A DNA stretch of 64,000 nt, from contig JAFSPW010000110.1 in assembly GCA_017451295.1 (NCBI GenBank), positions 40,213 through 104,212 of the forward strand, given 5' to 3'. The DNA comes from Clostridia bacterium. GTDB taxonomy: Bacteria; Bacillota; Clostridia; Christensenellales; CAG-138. The notes under the pieces were generated by a model, which ran no database searches, was not told the origin of the DNA, and worked only from the letters and a program-made list of their open reading frames with translations. How positions within the stretch are numbered: the stretch's first letter is position 1; the number at the start of each line of letters is the position of its first letter. Of this stretch, positions 21,651 through 28,844 are shown in pieces. A program made the position numbers and the translations under genes.

Positions 21651-22352
21651 ATGGGTATGCTGATACTGTTCTTGCGTACCATCCTTCTATACGGCTTCAT
21701 CCTGTTCATTCTGCGTATGACGGGAAAGCGGCAGATTTCCGATCTGCAGCCCTATGATCTTTTGATCACCATGACCATTGCGGACGTGGCGGCCACCGCC
21801 GTTTCGGACACGGGCACGCCGCTGGTCTACAGTCTCGTTCCCATATTGGGGCTGTTTTTGTCCCAGCAGGCTATATCCGCCCTGTGCTTGAGGAATCACG
21901 CCTTTCGACGGATGGTCTGCGGTGCGCCGCTGCTGCTTGTGAAGGAGGGGGTACTGGACGAGCAGCGCATGCGCGAGGCCAACTATACCGTAAGCGACCT
22001 CTGCGACCATCTTCGAGAGGAGGACATCTTCGATCTATCCAAGGTGCAGTACGCCATTTTGGAGACCAACGGCAGCCTTTCCGTGTTGCAGAAGCAGACC
22101 GAGGGCCAGAGCCCCAAGCTATCGCACATGCTGATACTGGACGGGGCGTTGTGCTTCACGGCTCTAAAGCACCTGCACATCCCCCCCAAGGCCCTGCGGG
22201 GGCTGCTGCGGCACATGGGAATACAGCAAGTACAGCAGGTGTTTTACTTCCAATATATGGGGGACGGCTCCGCCCGCTTCCAGCTCAAAAGCCGCTATGG
22301 GGCCAAGGTCTATACGGTGTCCAAAAAGGAGGGAAAGGCCCTGTGTTCATAA
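21651..22352 (+). CDS. DUF421 (YetF-like) membrane protein
   Basis: LRTILLYGFILFILRMTGKRQISDLQPYDLLITMTIADVAA is the characteristic DUF421 N-terminus. Confidence 0.7.
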   Translation: MGMLILFLRTILLYGFILFILRMTGKRQISDLQPYDLLITMTIADVAATAVSDTGTPLVYSLVPILGLFLSQQAISALCLRNHAFRRMVCGAPLLLVKEGVLDEQRMREANYTVSDLCDHLREEDIFDLSKVQYAILETNGSLSVLQKQTEGQSPKLSHMLILDGALCFTALKHLHIPPKALRGLLRHMGIQQVQQVFYFQYMGDGSARFQLKSRYGAKVYTVSKKEGKALCS

Positions 22353-22711
22353 AAGTCCGCCGCCTGTTTACCGCAGGAGCTATCCTTGCCCTGCTGCTGT
22401 TGTTTATCCTTCCGGGGGTGTACATTCGTCAATCCTGCAGGGAGCTTTCAAGCCTCGCCATGGCGGTAGCCGAGAGCCGAAACCAAGCGGACTTTGAAAA
22501 GCTGTATGCAGGCTACGACGAGTTTTCACAGACATTGGACTTCTTCGTGCCAAACGTGCTCATCAGCCCCGCCTCCCAGGCTATGGAGCGCATGAAAGCA
22601 TACACAGAGCAGGGGGAAGCCACGGAGCTATGGCGGGCAGCAAGGGACTTTTGCCTTGCCTTAGGGGATATTGCGGCGGCAGAGACCCTGGACAGCCACC
22701 TGTTTTTGTAA
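22343..22711 (+). CDS. DUF4363-like small membrane-anchored protein
   Basis: In-frame GTG 22343 follows AAAAAGGAGGGA and overlaps the DUF421 stop. One N-terminal TM plus a helical domain. DUF421/DUF4363 pairing is common in Firmicutes. The upstream part of track ORF 21884..22711 overlaps DUF421 out of frame. Confidence 0.45.
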   Translation: MFIKVRRLFTAGAILALLLLFILPGVYIRQSCRELSSLAMAVAESRNQADFEKLYAGYDEFSQTLDFFVPNVLISPASQAMERMKAYTEQGEATELWRAARDFCLALGDIAAAETLDSHLFL

Positions 22712-22786
22712 CATTTGGGCAACATAAGTGTAAACACCCCCTCCCCCGGCTTGTCCTTTTGCGCCGGGCTTCCTATACTGATACGC

Positions 22787-23656
22787 ATGAAAGACGCTAA
22801 ACGACACCATCGGCCTTTGCTCTGGGCCCTGTCCCTGCTGCTGCTCGGGGCCATGATATGGTTCGGTCTGCCGCCCTACTATCAGCCTTTGGCTATCGGT
22901 GTGGCAGTCCTTTGCCTCCCCTGCCTCCTTTGGTCCAAATGGGGGCCATGGCTCCTGTGCCTTTGCCTCATGGGGCTGGGCGTGCTGCTGTGTACCTTCC
23001 GGGCCGCCGGATACCACTATGCCGCCCTGCTGCCCTTGGGGGCGGCGGTGCTGCTCGTTGTGTTTCGCTTGGGGAAACGGCGGCTGAAGGTCTTTGTGTC
23101 CATAGGAACGGGACTACTCTCAGCTTTTCTGCTTTCAGCTTTGCTGCCGATTCTCGCGGCGGCGTATGCCGGACAGCAAGCAGATGCCCCCTATGTCATC
23201 GTGCTGGGGGCGGCGGTGTATGGACAGACCCCCTCCATCTCGCTACGGCATCGGCTCGACAAGGCGGCGGCGTATCTGAATGATAATCCCGAGGCTACCG
23301 CCGTGGTGTCCGGAGGCCAGGGCGAAGGGGAGGATATCTCCGAGGCGGAATGCATGCGCCGGTACCTTGTGGACAAGGGCATAGACGAAAGCCGGATCCT
23401 AATGGAGGCTGCTTCCACCTCCACCCTGGAGAATCTGACCTTCTCCAAGGCGGTGATTGAGGCCTCCGGCGGCGATGCCGCAGAGGTGGCCATTGTATCG
23501 AGCGCCTATCATCTCTACCGGGCAAAGGGCATGGCCAAGTCCCTGGGCATGGAGGCCCGGGGCATCGCCAGCCAGGACGGCTACCCCGTCTACATGGCGG
23601 GGATGTATATCCGGGAGGCCCTCGCGGTATGGAAGCTGTGGCTGTTTGGGGTATAG
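22787..23656 (+). CDS. YdcF/DUF218 (ElyC/SanA-like) family protein with N-terminal TM region
   Basis: YVIVLGAAVYGQTPS...VVSGGQGEGEDISEAECM...STSTLENL...IVSSAYHLYRA is the DUF218 core. Start placed at MKDAKRHH (22787). Confidence 0.7.
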   Translation: MKDAKRHHRPLLWALSLLLLGAMIWFGLPPYYQPLAIGVAVLCLPCLLWSKWGPWLLCLCLMGLGVLLCTFRAAGYHYAALLPLGAAVLLVVFRLGKRRLKVFVSIGTGLLSAFLLSALLPILAAAYAGQQADAPYVIVLGAAVYGQTPSISLRHRLDKAAAYLNDNPEATAVVSGGQGEGEDISEAECMRRYLVDKGIDESRILMEAASTSTLENLTFSKAVIEASGGDAAEVAIVSSAYHLYRAKGMAKSLGMEARGIASQDGYPVYMAGMYIREALAVWKLWLFGV

Positions 23657-23658
23657 GC

Positions 23659-23796
23659 GCCCCTCTGGCAGGGTTTGTTTCCCTCTGTCTATGCATCCTG
23701 CCGGTCGCTGCCGGTCGTTTCCAATACTTTTTTTAGAATCGTTTTTTAAAAACGCCCTATACTAGTTTTATGTATTGACCGGCAGGGACCGGCAGG
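23659..23796. repeat. Twin element copy 1: conserved preface + palindromic arms (2 x 10-mer each) + conserved AT-rich core
   Basis: Arms 23697-23717 (CCTGCCGGTCGCTGCCGGTCG) and 23777-23796 (GACCGGCAGGGACCGGCAGG) are reverse complements (19/20). Core 23754-23777 GCCCTATACTAGTTTTATGTATTG. Confidence 0.8.
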
Positions 23797-23818
23797 ATTG
23801 GGGGTGTGAACCCATTTT

Positions 23819-23956
23819 GCCCCTGGGGGCAGGGTTTGATTACTTCCAAAGCGAAACTATGACGGCCGATGTCGGCCATTTCTAAAAACTATTTTAGATT
23901 AAAAATAAAAAAATGCCCTATACTAGTTTTATGTATTGGCCGACATTGGCCGACAT
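23819..23956. repeat. Twin element copy 2: same architecture, different arm sequence
   Basis: Arms 23859-23877 (ATGACGGCCGATGTCGGCC) and 23938-23956 (GGCCGACATTGGCCGACAT) are reverse complements (17/19). The identical 24-nt core lies at 23915-23938. Preface GCCCCTGGGGGCAGGGTTTG matches 23659-23679. Confidence 0.8.
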
Positions 23957-23978
23957 ACGCACACACAAGAGCGCAGCC

Positions 23979-24698
23979 TCAGGCTTTGGCGGAGGCAAGA
24001 AGCTCAGAAATCTCCTTCTCGGTAAGATACCGCCACTGGCCGCTCCGTAGCTCCCCCAGCGTGAGCGGGCCATAGCCCTCCCGCTTTAGCCGCAGGGTTC
24101 TGTGGCCCACGGCTTCCAGCATGCGGCGAATCTGCCGGTTCCGGCCCTCGTGGATGGTGATGCAGATGCCCGTGTCCCCCTTGGGCGTGGTGGTGGTATA
24201 GTGAATCCTGGCAGGGGCGGTCATGCCGTCCTCCAGCAGGACGCCGTTGATAAGCTGTGCCCGCTCGGAGGCGGTGAGCTTGCCATCGCACACGGCGTAA
24301 TAGGTCTTTTCCACCCGAAACTTGGGGTGGGTCATCTTGTTGCACAGCTCCCCGTCGTTGGTCATAAGAAGCAAACCCTCGGAGTTTAAGTCAAGACGAC
24401 CCACATTATACAGCCGCTGCGGGATTTCGGTGAAGAAATCCTGCACGGTCTTTCGGCCCTGGGGGTCGCTGCTGCTGCAGATGACGCCCCGGGGCTTATA
24501 GAATAGGATGACGATGCGTTTCTCCTCGGCGGACAGGGGCTGCCCGTCCACTAAGATGGCATCCCCCTCCTCCACGCTCATGCCCAGGGTGGCGGGGATA
24601 CCGTTCACGGTGACCCGCCCCTCTTCGATGAGCTTTTCCGATGCCCGACGGGAAGCCACCCCCGCCGCCGCCATAACCTTTTGCAGCCGCTCTGCCAT
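23979..24698 (-). CDS. rluB: 23S rRNA pseudouridine synthase (RsuA/RluB family)
   Basis: N-terminal S4 domain (RLQKVMAAAGVASRRASEKLIEEGRVTVNG) and catalytic GRLDLNSEGLLL motif. Confidence 0.85.
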   Translation of the reverse strand: MAERLQKVMAAAGVASRRASEKLIEEGRVTVNGIPATLGMSVEEGDAILVDGQPLSAEEKRIVILFYKPRGVICSSSDPQGRKTVQDFFTEIPQRLYNVGRLDLNSEGLLLMTNDGELCNKMTHPKFRVEKTYYAVCDGKLTASERAQLINGVLLEDGMTAPARIHYTTTTPKGDTGICITIHEGRNRQIRRMLEAVGHRTLRLKREGYGPLTLGELRSGQWRYLTEKEISELLASAKA

Positions 24699-24708
24699 GA
24701 TTGCCCTC

Positions 24709-25824
24709 CTATGCGGTCAGGTACGCCTCCATACACTGCCTGAAAATGCCGGACCAGGTCCTTTTATCCGCCCCCTCGAAGGTGTACAGGGGGACGGTGT
24801 TCACCAAGGTTCCGTTGACGAACAAACGGCATTCCCCCGCCTGCTGGCCGGGGGATACGGGGGCTTGCAGGGACTCAAAAATCTCCGTTTCCCGGGTGAT
24901 GCCCTCGCTGCCGTCGGTTTTGACGGGATACAGTATATCCTGTTTTGCCGCCACAGGCAATGCTTTTTTCTCGCTGCCCATCACCGCCACCTGGCCAAGG
25001 CTTTGTCCGCCCGGTAAAAGCGGCTCCAGCCGGTAGTGAGAAAAGCCCTCCTCTAAGATGAGCCTCGCATCGTTCCACATGTCAGGGGCATGGAGCACCG
25101 TGCCGATAAGGAGCATGCCCTCCCGCCTCGCCGCAAAGCACAGGCACCGGCCCGCCTTTTTGGTGTAGCCGGTTTTGATGCCGCAGCCGCCTTCGATTTG
25201 GGTCAGGACCTTGTTCTTGGTCGTAAAGGTCCTCCGATGGCTGCCGGAGGTGGTGGTGTAGCGCTGGGTGCTCACCATCTTTTGGAAGGTGGCATTCTGC
25301 ATGGCGGCGGCGGCGATGCGGCTTAGGTCCAGGGCGGTGGTATAGTGCTCGGGGTCGTGGAGGCCGTTGGGGGTGACAAAGTGGGTGTCTGTGCAGCCCA
25401 GGGCCGCCGCCCTCTCGTTCATCCGCTGGGCAAAGGCGGCTACGGAGCCGTCCACATACAAAGCGATGGCTACGGCGGCATCGTTGCCGCTGGCCATGAG
25501 CAAGCCATAGAGCAAGTCTTCCAAAGTCAGCTGCTCCCCGGCAGAGAGGTACAGGGAGGAGCCCTCCACCCCGGCCGCCTCCGCAGGAACGGTAATCACA
25601 TCCTGCAGCTGCCCCTGCTCGAGGGCCAAAAGGGCCGTCATAATCTTGGTGGTGCTGGCCATGGGGAGCCGCTGTGTCTCGTTCTTCCGATAGAGAAGCC
25701 GCCCGGAGGCGGCCTCGATAAGGACGGCGCCCTGGGCGCTGATGCTTCCCTGGGCCTCGGCCGTCTTGAGGGGAAGGGGCAGCACCAGCAGCAGGCACAG
25801 CACGAGCGGCAATAGCCGTTTCAC
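24709..25824 (-). CDS. D-alanyl-D-alanine carboxypeptidase (S11, DacB/DacF-like)
   Basis: SxxK (ASTTK), SxN (ASGND) and KTG (IKTGYT) motifs with a signal-peptide-like N-terminus. Start re-set to GTG 25824, forming a GTGA overlap with the ytfJ stop. Confidence 0.8.
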   Translation of the reverse strand: MKRLLPLVLCLLLVLPLPLKTAEAQGSISAQGAVLIEAASGRLLYRKNETQRLPMASTTKIMTALLALEQGQLQDVITVPAEAAGVEGSSLYLSAGEQLTLEDLLYGLLMASGNDAAVAIALYVDGSVAAFAQRMNERAAALGCTDTHFVTPNGLHDPEHYTTALDLSRIAAAAMQNATFQKMVSTQRYTTTSGSHRRTFTTKNKVLTQIEGGCGIKTGYTKKAGRCLCFAARREGMLLIGTVLHAPDMWNDARLILEEGFSHYRLEPLLPGGQSLGQVAVMGSEKKALPVAAKQDILYPVKTDGSEGITRETEIFESLQAPVSPGQQAGECRLFVNGTLVNTVPLYTFEGADKRTWSGIFRQCMEAYLTA

Positions 25825-26219
25825 GGCTGGACCTCTTGGGAGCGGGTGGCTTTTTTTAGCTCCTCCACCAGCTTGGGCAGTTGACAAATGGCCCTGTCCA
25901 GGGTGGACTCGTAGGTAGCGGGAACCACATTGACCTCCTCCCCGGTGGTGACCAAAAAGGCCTTGGGGGTAAGGGACACCCCAGCTACGGCGGTGCCGAG
26001 GAAGGGATAGCCCTCCTGGTCGGAGAGGGCGGCGGCCTTGGCCACCTTGCCCATGGGAGCATACTCCCCGCCGCCGGAGAAGAAGCCGAAGGCCACCTTG
26101 GACACAGGCACCACCACCCCGTTGCCGGCGGGGATGGGTTCCCCCACGATGGTGTTTACATCCACGATGGTTTTGAGCCGGGACATGGTGGTTTCAATGA
26201 TGGATTCAACGGATTGCAT
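25821..26219 (-). CDS. ytfJ: Sporulation protein YtfJ (GerW family)
   Basis: 132 aa; VNTIVGEPIPAGNGVVVPVSKVAFGFFSGGGEY is the YtfJ signature. Confidence 0.8.
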   Translation of the reverse strand: MQSVESIIETTMSRLKTIVDVNTIVGEPIPAGNGVVVPVSKVAFGFFSGGGEYAPMGKVAKAAALSDQEGYPFLGTAVAGVSLTPKAFLVTTGEEVNVVPATYESTLDRAICQLPKLVEELKKATRSQEVQP

Positions 26220-26712
26220 GGTATCGCCTCTTTTCTTTCAGATATTCCTTTATATTCTGTGCGAGCGTGAAGCGGCCTATTCCAAAAAGTTGGAGGGCGC
26301 AGATGTTTTTGTCAAAACAGGCCCGGGGCTGCAGGTTCACCCGGCAGTTTAGGGACAGGCCCGCCGTTTCCAAAAGGGCATAGAGGGCGCCCAGGGCCTC
26401 CACGGTGAAGGCGCCCTCCTCCCTTACCCCGAGGTACAAGGCGCCGTCCAGGCGCTCCACCTGTATGATGGGGGTGAAGCCCTGGCCCTTACCCTGCGAT
26501 TTTAGTTTCTTTCGCCGCCCCCTGCCATCTAGCAGGTGGAGGCTGAAATAGGGCTCCTGCAAAAAGTCCCCCTCTATTCTCAGCCTAAAGAAGGAGGCGA
26601 TGTACACCTCCCCCCTGCAGGATGTGGCTGAAAGGCGGAGACTCATGCGGATGCAAAAGGGCCACAGGAGCAGATACCCCAGGGAAGCCACGGCAAACAG
26701 AATCCAAACCAT
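26206..26712 (-). CDS. DUF2953 (YtfI-like) sporulation-associated membrane protein
   Basis: N-terminal TM (MVWILFAVASLGYLLLWPF), located immediately upstream of and overlapping ytfJ. Start moved to ATG 26712. Confidence 0.45.
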   Translation of the reverse strand: MVWILFAVASLGYLLLWPFCIRMSLRLSATSCRGEVYIASFFRLRIEGDFLQEPYFSLHLLDGRGRRKKLKSQGKGQGFTPIIQVERLDGALYLGVREEGAFTVEALGALYALLETAGLSLNCRVNLQPRACFDKNICALQLFGIGRFTLAQNIKEYLKEKRRYHAIR

Positions 26713-26822
26713 AGCATAAGCCTGGCCCCTTTTGGCCAGATTTACACAGGGTTTCCCATCTTTTTCACAATTGGGCCATGCACAGGGCCGGATTTCTGCT
26801 ATAATAGGAACATTGAGGCAGT

Positions 26823-27665
26823 ATGTTTGGGTATGTGACCACAGTTGAATCGGAGCTGAAGGTGCGGGAAGCAAGGAGCTATGCAAGCTGGTATTGCGGC
26901 CTGTGTCAATGTATGCGCCGCCGATACGGCCGCTTTTCTACGCTGTTCCTGCAGTATGACTGTGCGTTCCTTGCGCTGCTTTTCTCCGGGGAACTGGGGG
27001 AAACGGTGGACGCCAAGGCCTGCCGCTGCCTGCACCGGTGCCATGACCCCCAGCGAAAGTACCGTTTGGAGACACCTGCGCTTGCTTTTGCGGCGGCGGT
27101 GAACGTGATGCTCAGCTACTATAAGTGCCTGGACGACTGGCAGGATGAGCGGAACCTTATCAAGGGGGCGGCGGCTCTGCTGCTAAAAGGCGCCGTCCGC
27201 AAGGCCGCCCTTGACCAGCCCGGGCTGCTGGAACTGACAAAAGCCTACGCCGATGAGCAGCGATTTGCGGAACGGGACGGCGGCGGCGTGGATAAAGCCG
27301 CGGACCCCACGGGGCAGTATCTGTCGGCCATGGCGGATTTGCTCCCCTTTCCTGAGAAGGAGCGGCTGCCGCTTAAGTGGCTATTATATAACCTTGGCCG
27401 ATGGATATACCTGATGGACGCCTGGGACGATCGGCAGAAGGACAAAAAGAAGGGGGTCTTCAACCCCTATGTAGCAGCGGGCTACAGCAAGGAGCAGGCT
27501 GCCTTTGGGCTCTATGCCTCCCTGGAGGAGGCGAAGAAAGCCTTTGATTTGCTCTCCCCCACCCGGGACCGGGGGCTTATGGAGAATGTGCTGACGCTGG
27601 GGTGCGCCCAGCGGACCCGACAGGTTTTAGAGGACGGCAAGGAGGATGGGGATGAACCCGTATAA
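26823..27665 (+). CDS. DUF5685-like protein (Cys-containing N-terminus, function unknown)
   Basis: MFGYVTTVESELKVREARSYASWYCGLCQCMRRRYG...LQYDCAFLALL matches my recollection of the DUF5685 N-terminus. An extended -10 (TGcTATAAT, 26797-26805) lies upstream. Confidence 0.45.
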   Translation: MFGYVTTVESELKVREARSYASWYCGLCQCMRRRYGRFSTLFLQYDCAFLALLFSGELGETVDAKACRCLHRCHDPQRKYRLETPALAFAAAVNVMLSYYKCLDDWQDERNLIKGAAALLLKGAVRKAALDQPGLLELTKAYADEQRFAERDGGGVDKAADPTGQYLSAMADLLPFPEKERLPLKWLLYNLGRWIYLMDAWDDRQKDKKKGVFNPYVAAGYSKEQAAFGLYASLEEAKKAFDLLSPTRDRGLMENVLTLGCAQRTRQVLEDGKEDGDEPV

Positions 27666-28272
27666 AGTGCTGGGCGTCAGCGAAAACGCCACGCCGGAGG
27701 AGATTCGTAAGGCCTATTTGGACCTCGTGAAGAAGTATCACCCGGACCGCTATGCAGACGGTCCCATGAAGGACATGGCCAACGAAAAGCTGAAGGAAAT
27801 CAACCAGGCCTATGAGCTGTTGACCAAGAAGAAGGACAGTTCCTCCACCCGCTCCTCCTATTCCCGCAGCACCTATTCCCAAAGCGGGTACTGGCAGAAC
27901 CAGGGGAGCTATGCCGGGGAGTATGCGGCGGAGTTTTCCCGTGTTCGCAGTTTCTTTGCCCAAAACAACCTCAACGCCGCCAAGGCGGTGCTGGACGCAG
28001 TGCCGCTGCACAACGCCGAGTGGCACTATCTCTATGGCATTCTCTACTTCCGTTGGGGCTGGTATGACCAGGCCAAGCAGCACCTTTCCATGGCCGCCAG
28101 CATGGAGCCGGGGAATGTGGAGTACCAGAACGCCTATTCCACCGTGATGAACACGGGGCGTGGGTTTCGGACGGGGACCATGAACCCTAACGGCGCCGAG
28201 TGCGACACCTGCGACATCTGCAGCACCATGCTGTGCCTCAACTGCCTGTGCAACTGCGGAGGCTGCCGCTGA
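27652..28272 (+). CDS. J-domain protein with TPR-like middle and Cys-rich C-terminal tail
   Basis: NPYKVLGV...KKYHPDRY (HPD motif), then a TPR-like stretch (WHYLYGILYFRWGWYDQAKQHL), then CDTCDICSTMLCLNCLCNCGGCR. ATG 27652 is 6 nt after AAGGAGGA and overlaps the upstream gene by 14 nt. Confidence 0.85.
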   Translation: MNPYKVLGVSENATPEEIRKAYLDLVKKYHPDRYADGPMKDMANEKLKEINQAYELLTKKKDSSSTRSSYSRSTYSQSGYWQNQGSYAGEYAAEFSRVRSFFAQNNLNAAKAVLDAVPLHNAEWHYLYGILYFRWGWYDQAKQHLSMAASMEPGNVEYQNAYSTVMNTGRGFRTGTMNPNGAECDTCDICSTMLCLNCLCNCGGCR

Positions 28273-28808
28273 TGGAAAGAAGCAGGCTCTCCCCCGGCCG
28301 CCGCGTGTCATTGGGGGCCATGGTGTGTGCGCTGACGCTGCTGTTTTTGTATGCATCGGAGGTGCTGACGGGCTTTCGGTTCATCTGCTGCCGCATCTGC
28401 AGCTTTTTTGTGACGGTGCTGGTGCTGGAGGATTTGTATCTGGAAGCCTGGCTTTGCTACCTGTGCGTGTGTCTGCTGGGGTTTTTGCTCTGCCCCGACA
28501 GGCTCAGCTGGTTTATGTATGTGGCGCTCCTCGGCCATTACGGCATTGTGCGCCGGTTCTTCCAGCGGTTCATCACCGTGCCTGCGGTCCGGTCGCTCTT
28601 CACGGTGCTCTACTGCAACGCCGGGGCCGGGCTGGGGCTCTGGGCCATCCACACGATTGCGGGGGTGGACAGCCTTTCCCTGCTGCCGGATATCCCGCTG
28701 GTGGTGCTGGTGCTGCTTGTAGAGGCGGCGTTCTTTTTGCTGGATATTCTGTTTGAAGCCGCGACCAATCTGTATCAAAAAAGAGTCCGGCGCTTCCTGC
28801 TTCGATAG
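28272..28808 (+). CDS. Polytopic membrane protein of unknown function, Cys-rich in first helices
   Basis: ATGA stop/start overlap with the J-protein gene. About 5 hydrophobic segments (ICCRICSFFVTVLVL, LCYLCVCLLGFLLC ...). No family recognised. Confidence 0.4.
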   Translation: MERSRLSPGRRVSLGAMVCALTLLFLYASEVLTGFRFICCRICSFFVTVLVLEDLYLEAWLCYLCVCLLGFLLCPDRLSWFMYVALLGHYGIVRRFFQRFITVPAVRSLFTVLYCNAGAGLGLWAIHTIAGVDSLSLLPDIPLVVLVLLVEAAFFLLDILFEAATNLYQKRVRRFLLR

Positions 28809-28844
28809 CATAGCAAGCGGTTCCTATGCCCATACTATGGCAGT

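Noticed and set aside
21884-22711. 275-aa ORF overlapping the DUF421 gene
   Set aside because: The first about 150 aa are an out-of-frame overlap with DUF421 (Arg/Gly/Ala-rich). A GTG at 22343 with a strong RBS gives a plausible 122-aa DUF4363-like protein instead.
23733-23763. Promoter-like TTAGAA / TATACT pair inside the conserved core (also in copy 2 as TTAGAT / TATACT)
   Set aside because: The spacer is 19 nt in both copies and the -35 is weak. No gene lies downstream on that strand; it would read antisense into rluB. I kept it only as a hypothesis within the twin-element finding.
23659-23956. Possible CRISPR array or terminator pair in the ydcF-rluB gap
   Set aside because: There are only two repeat units, and the conserved part is the AT-rich core rather than a regularly spaced direct repeat. 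No cas genes are present. The 59-60-nt loops are far too large for intrinsic terminators and no T-tract follows the arms.
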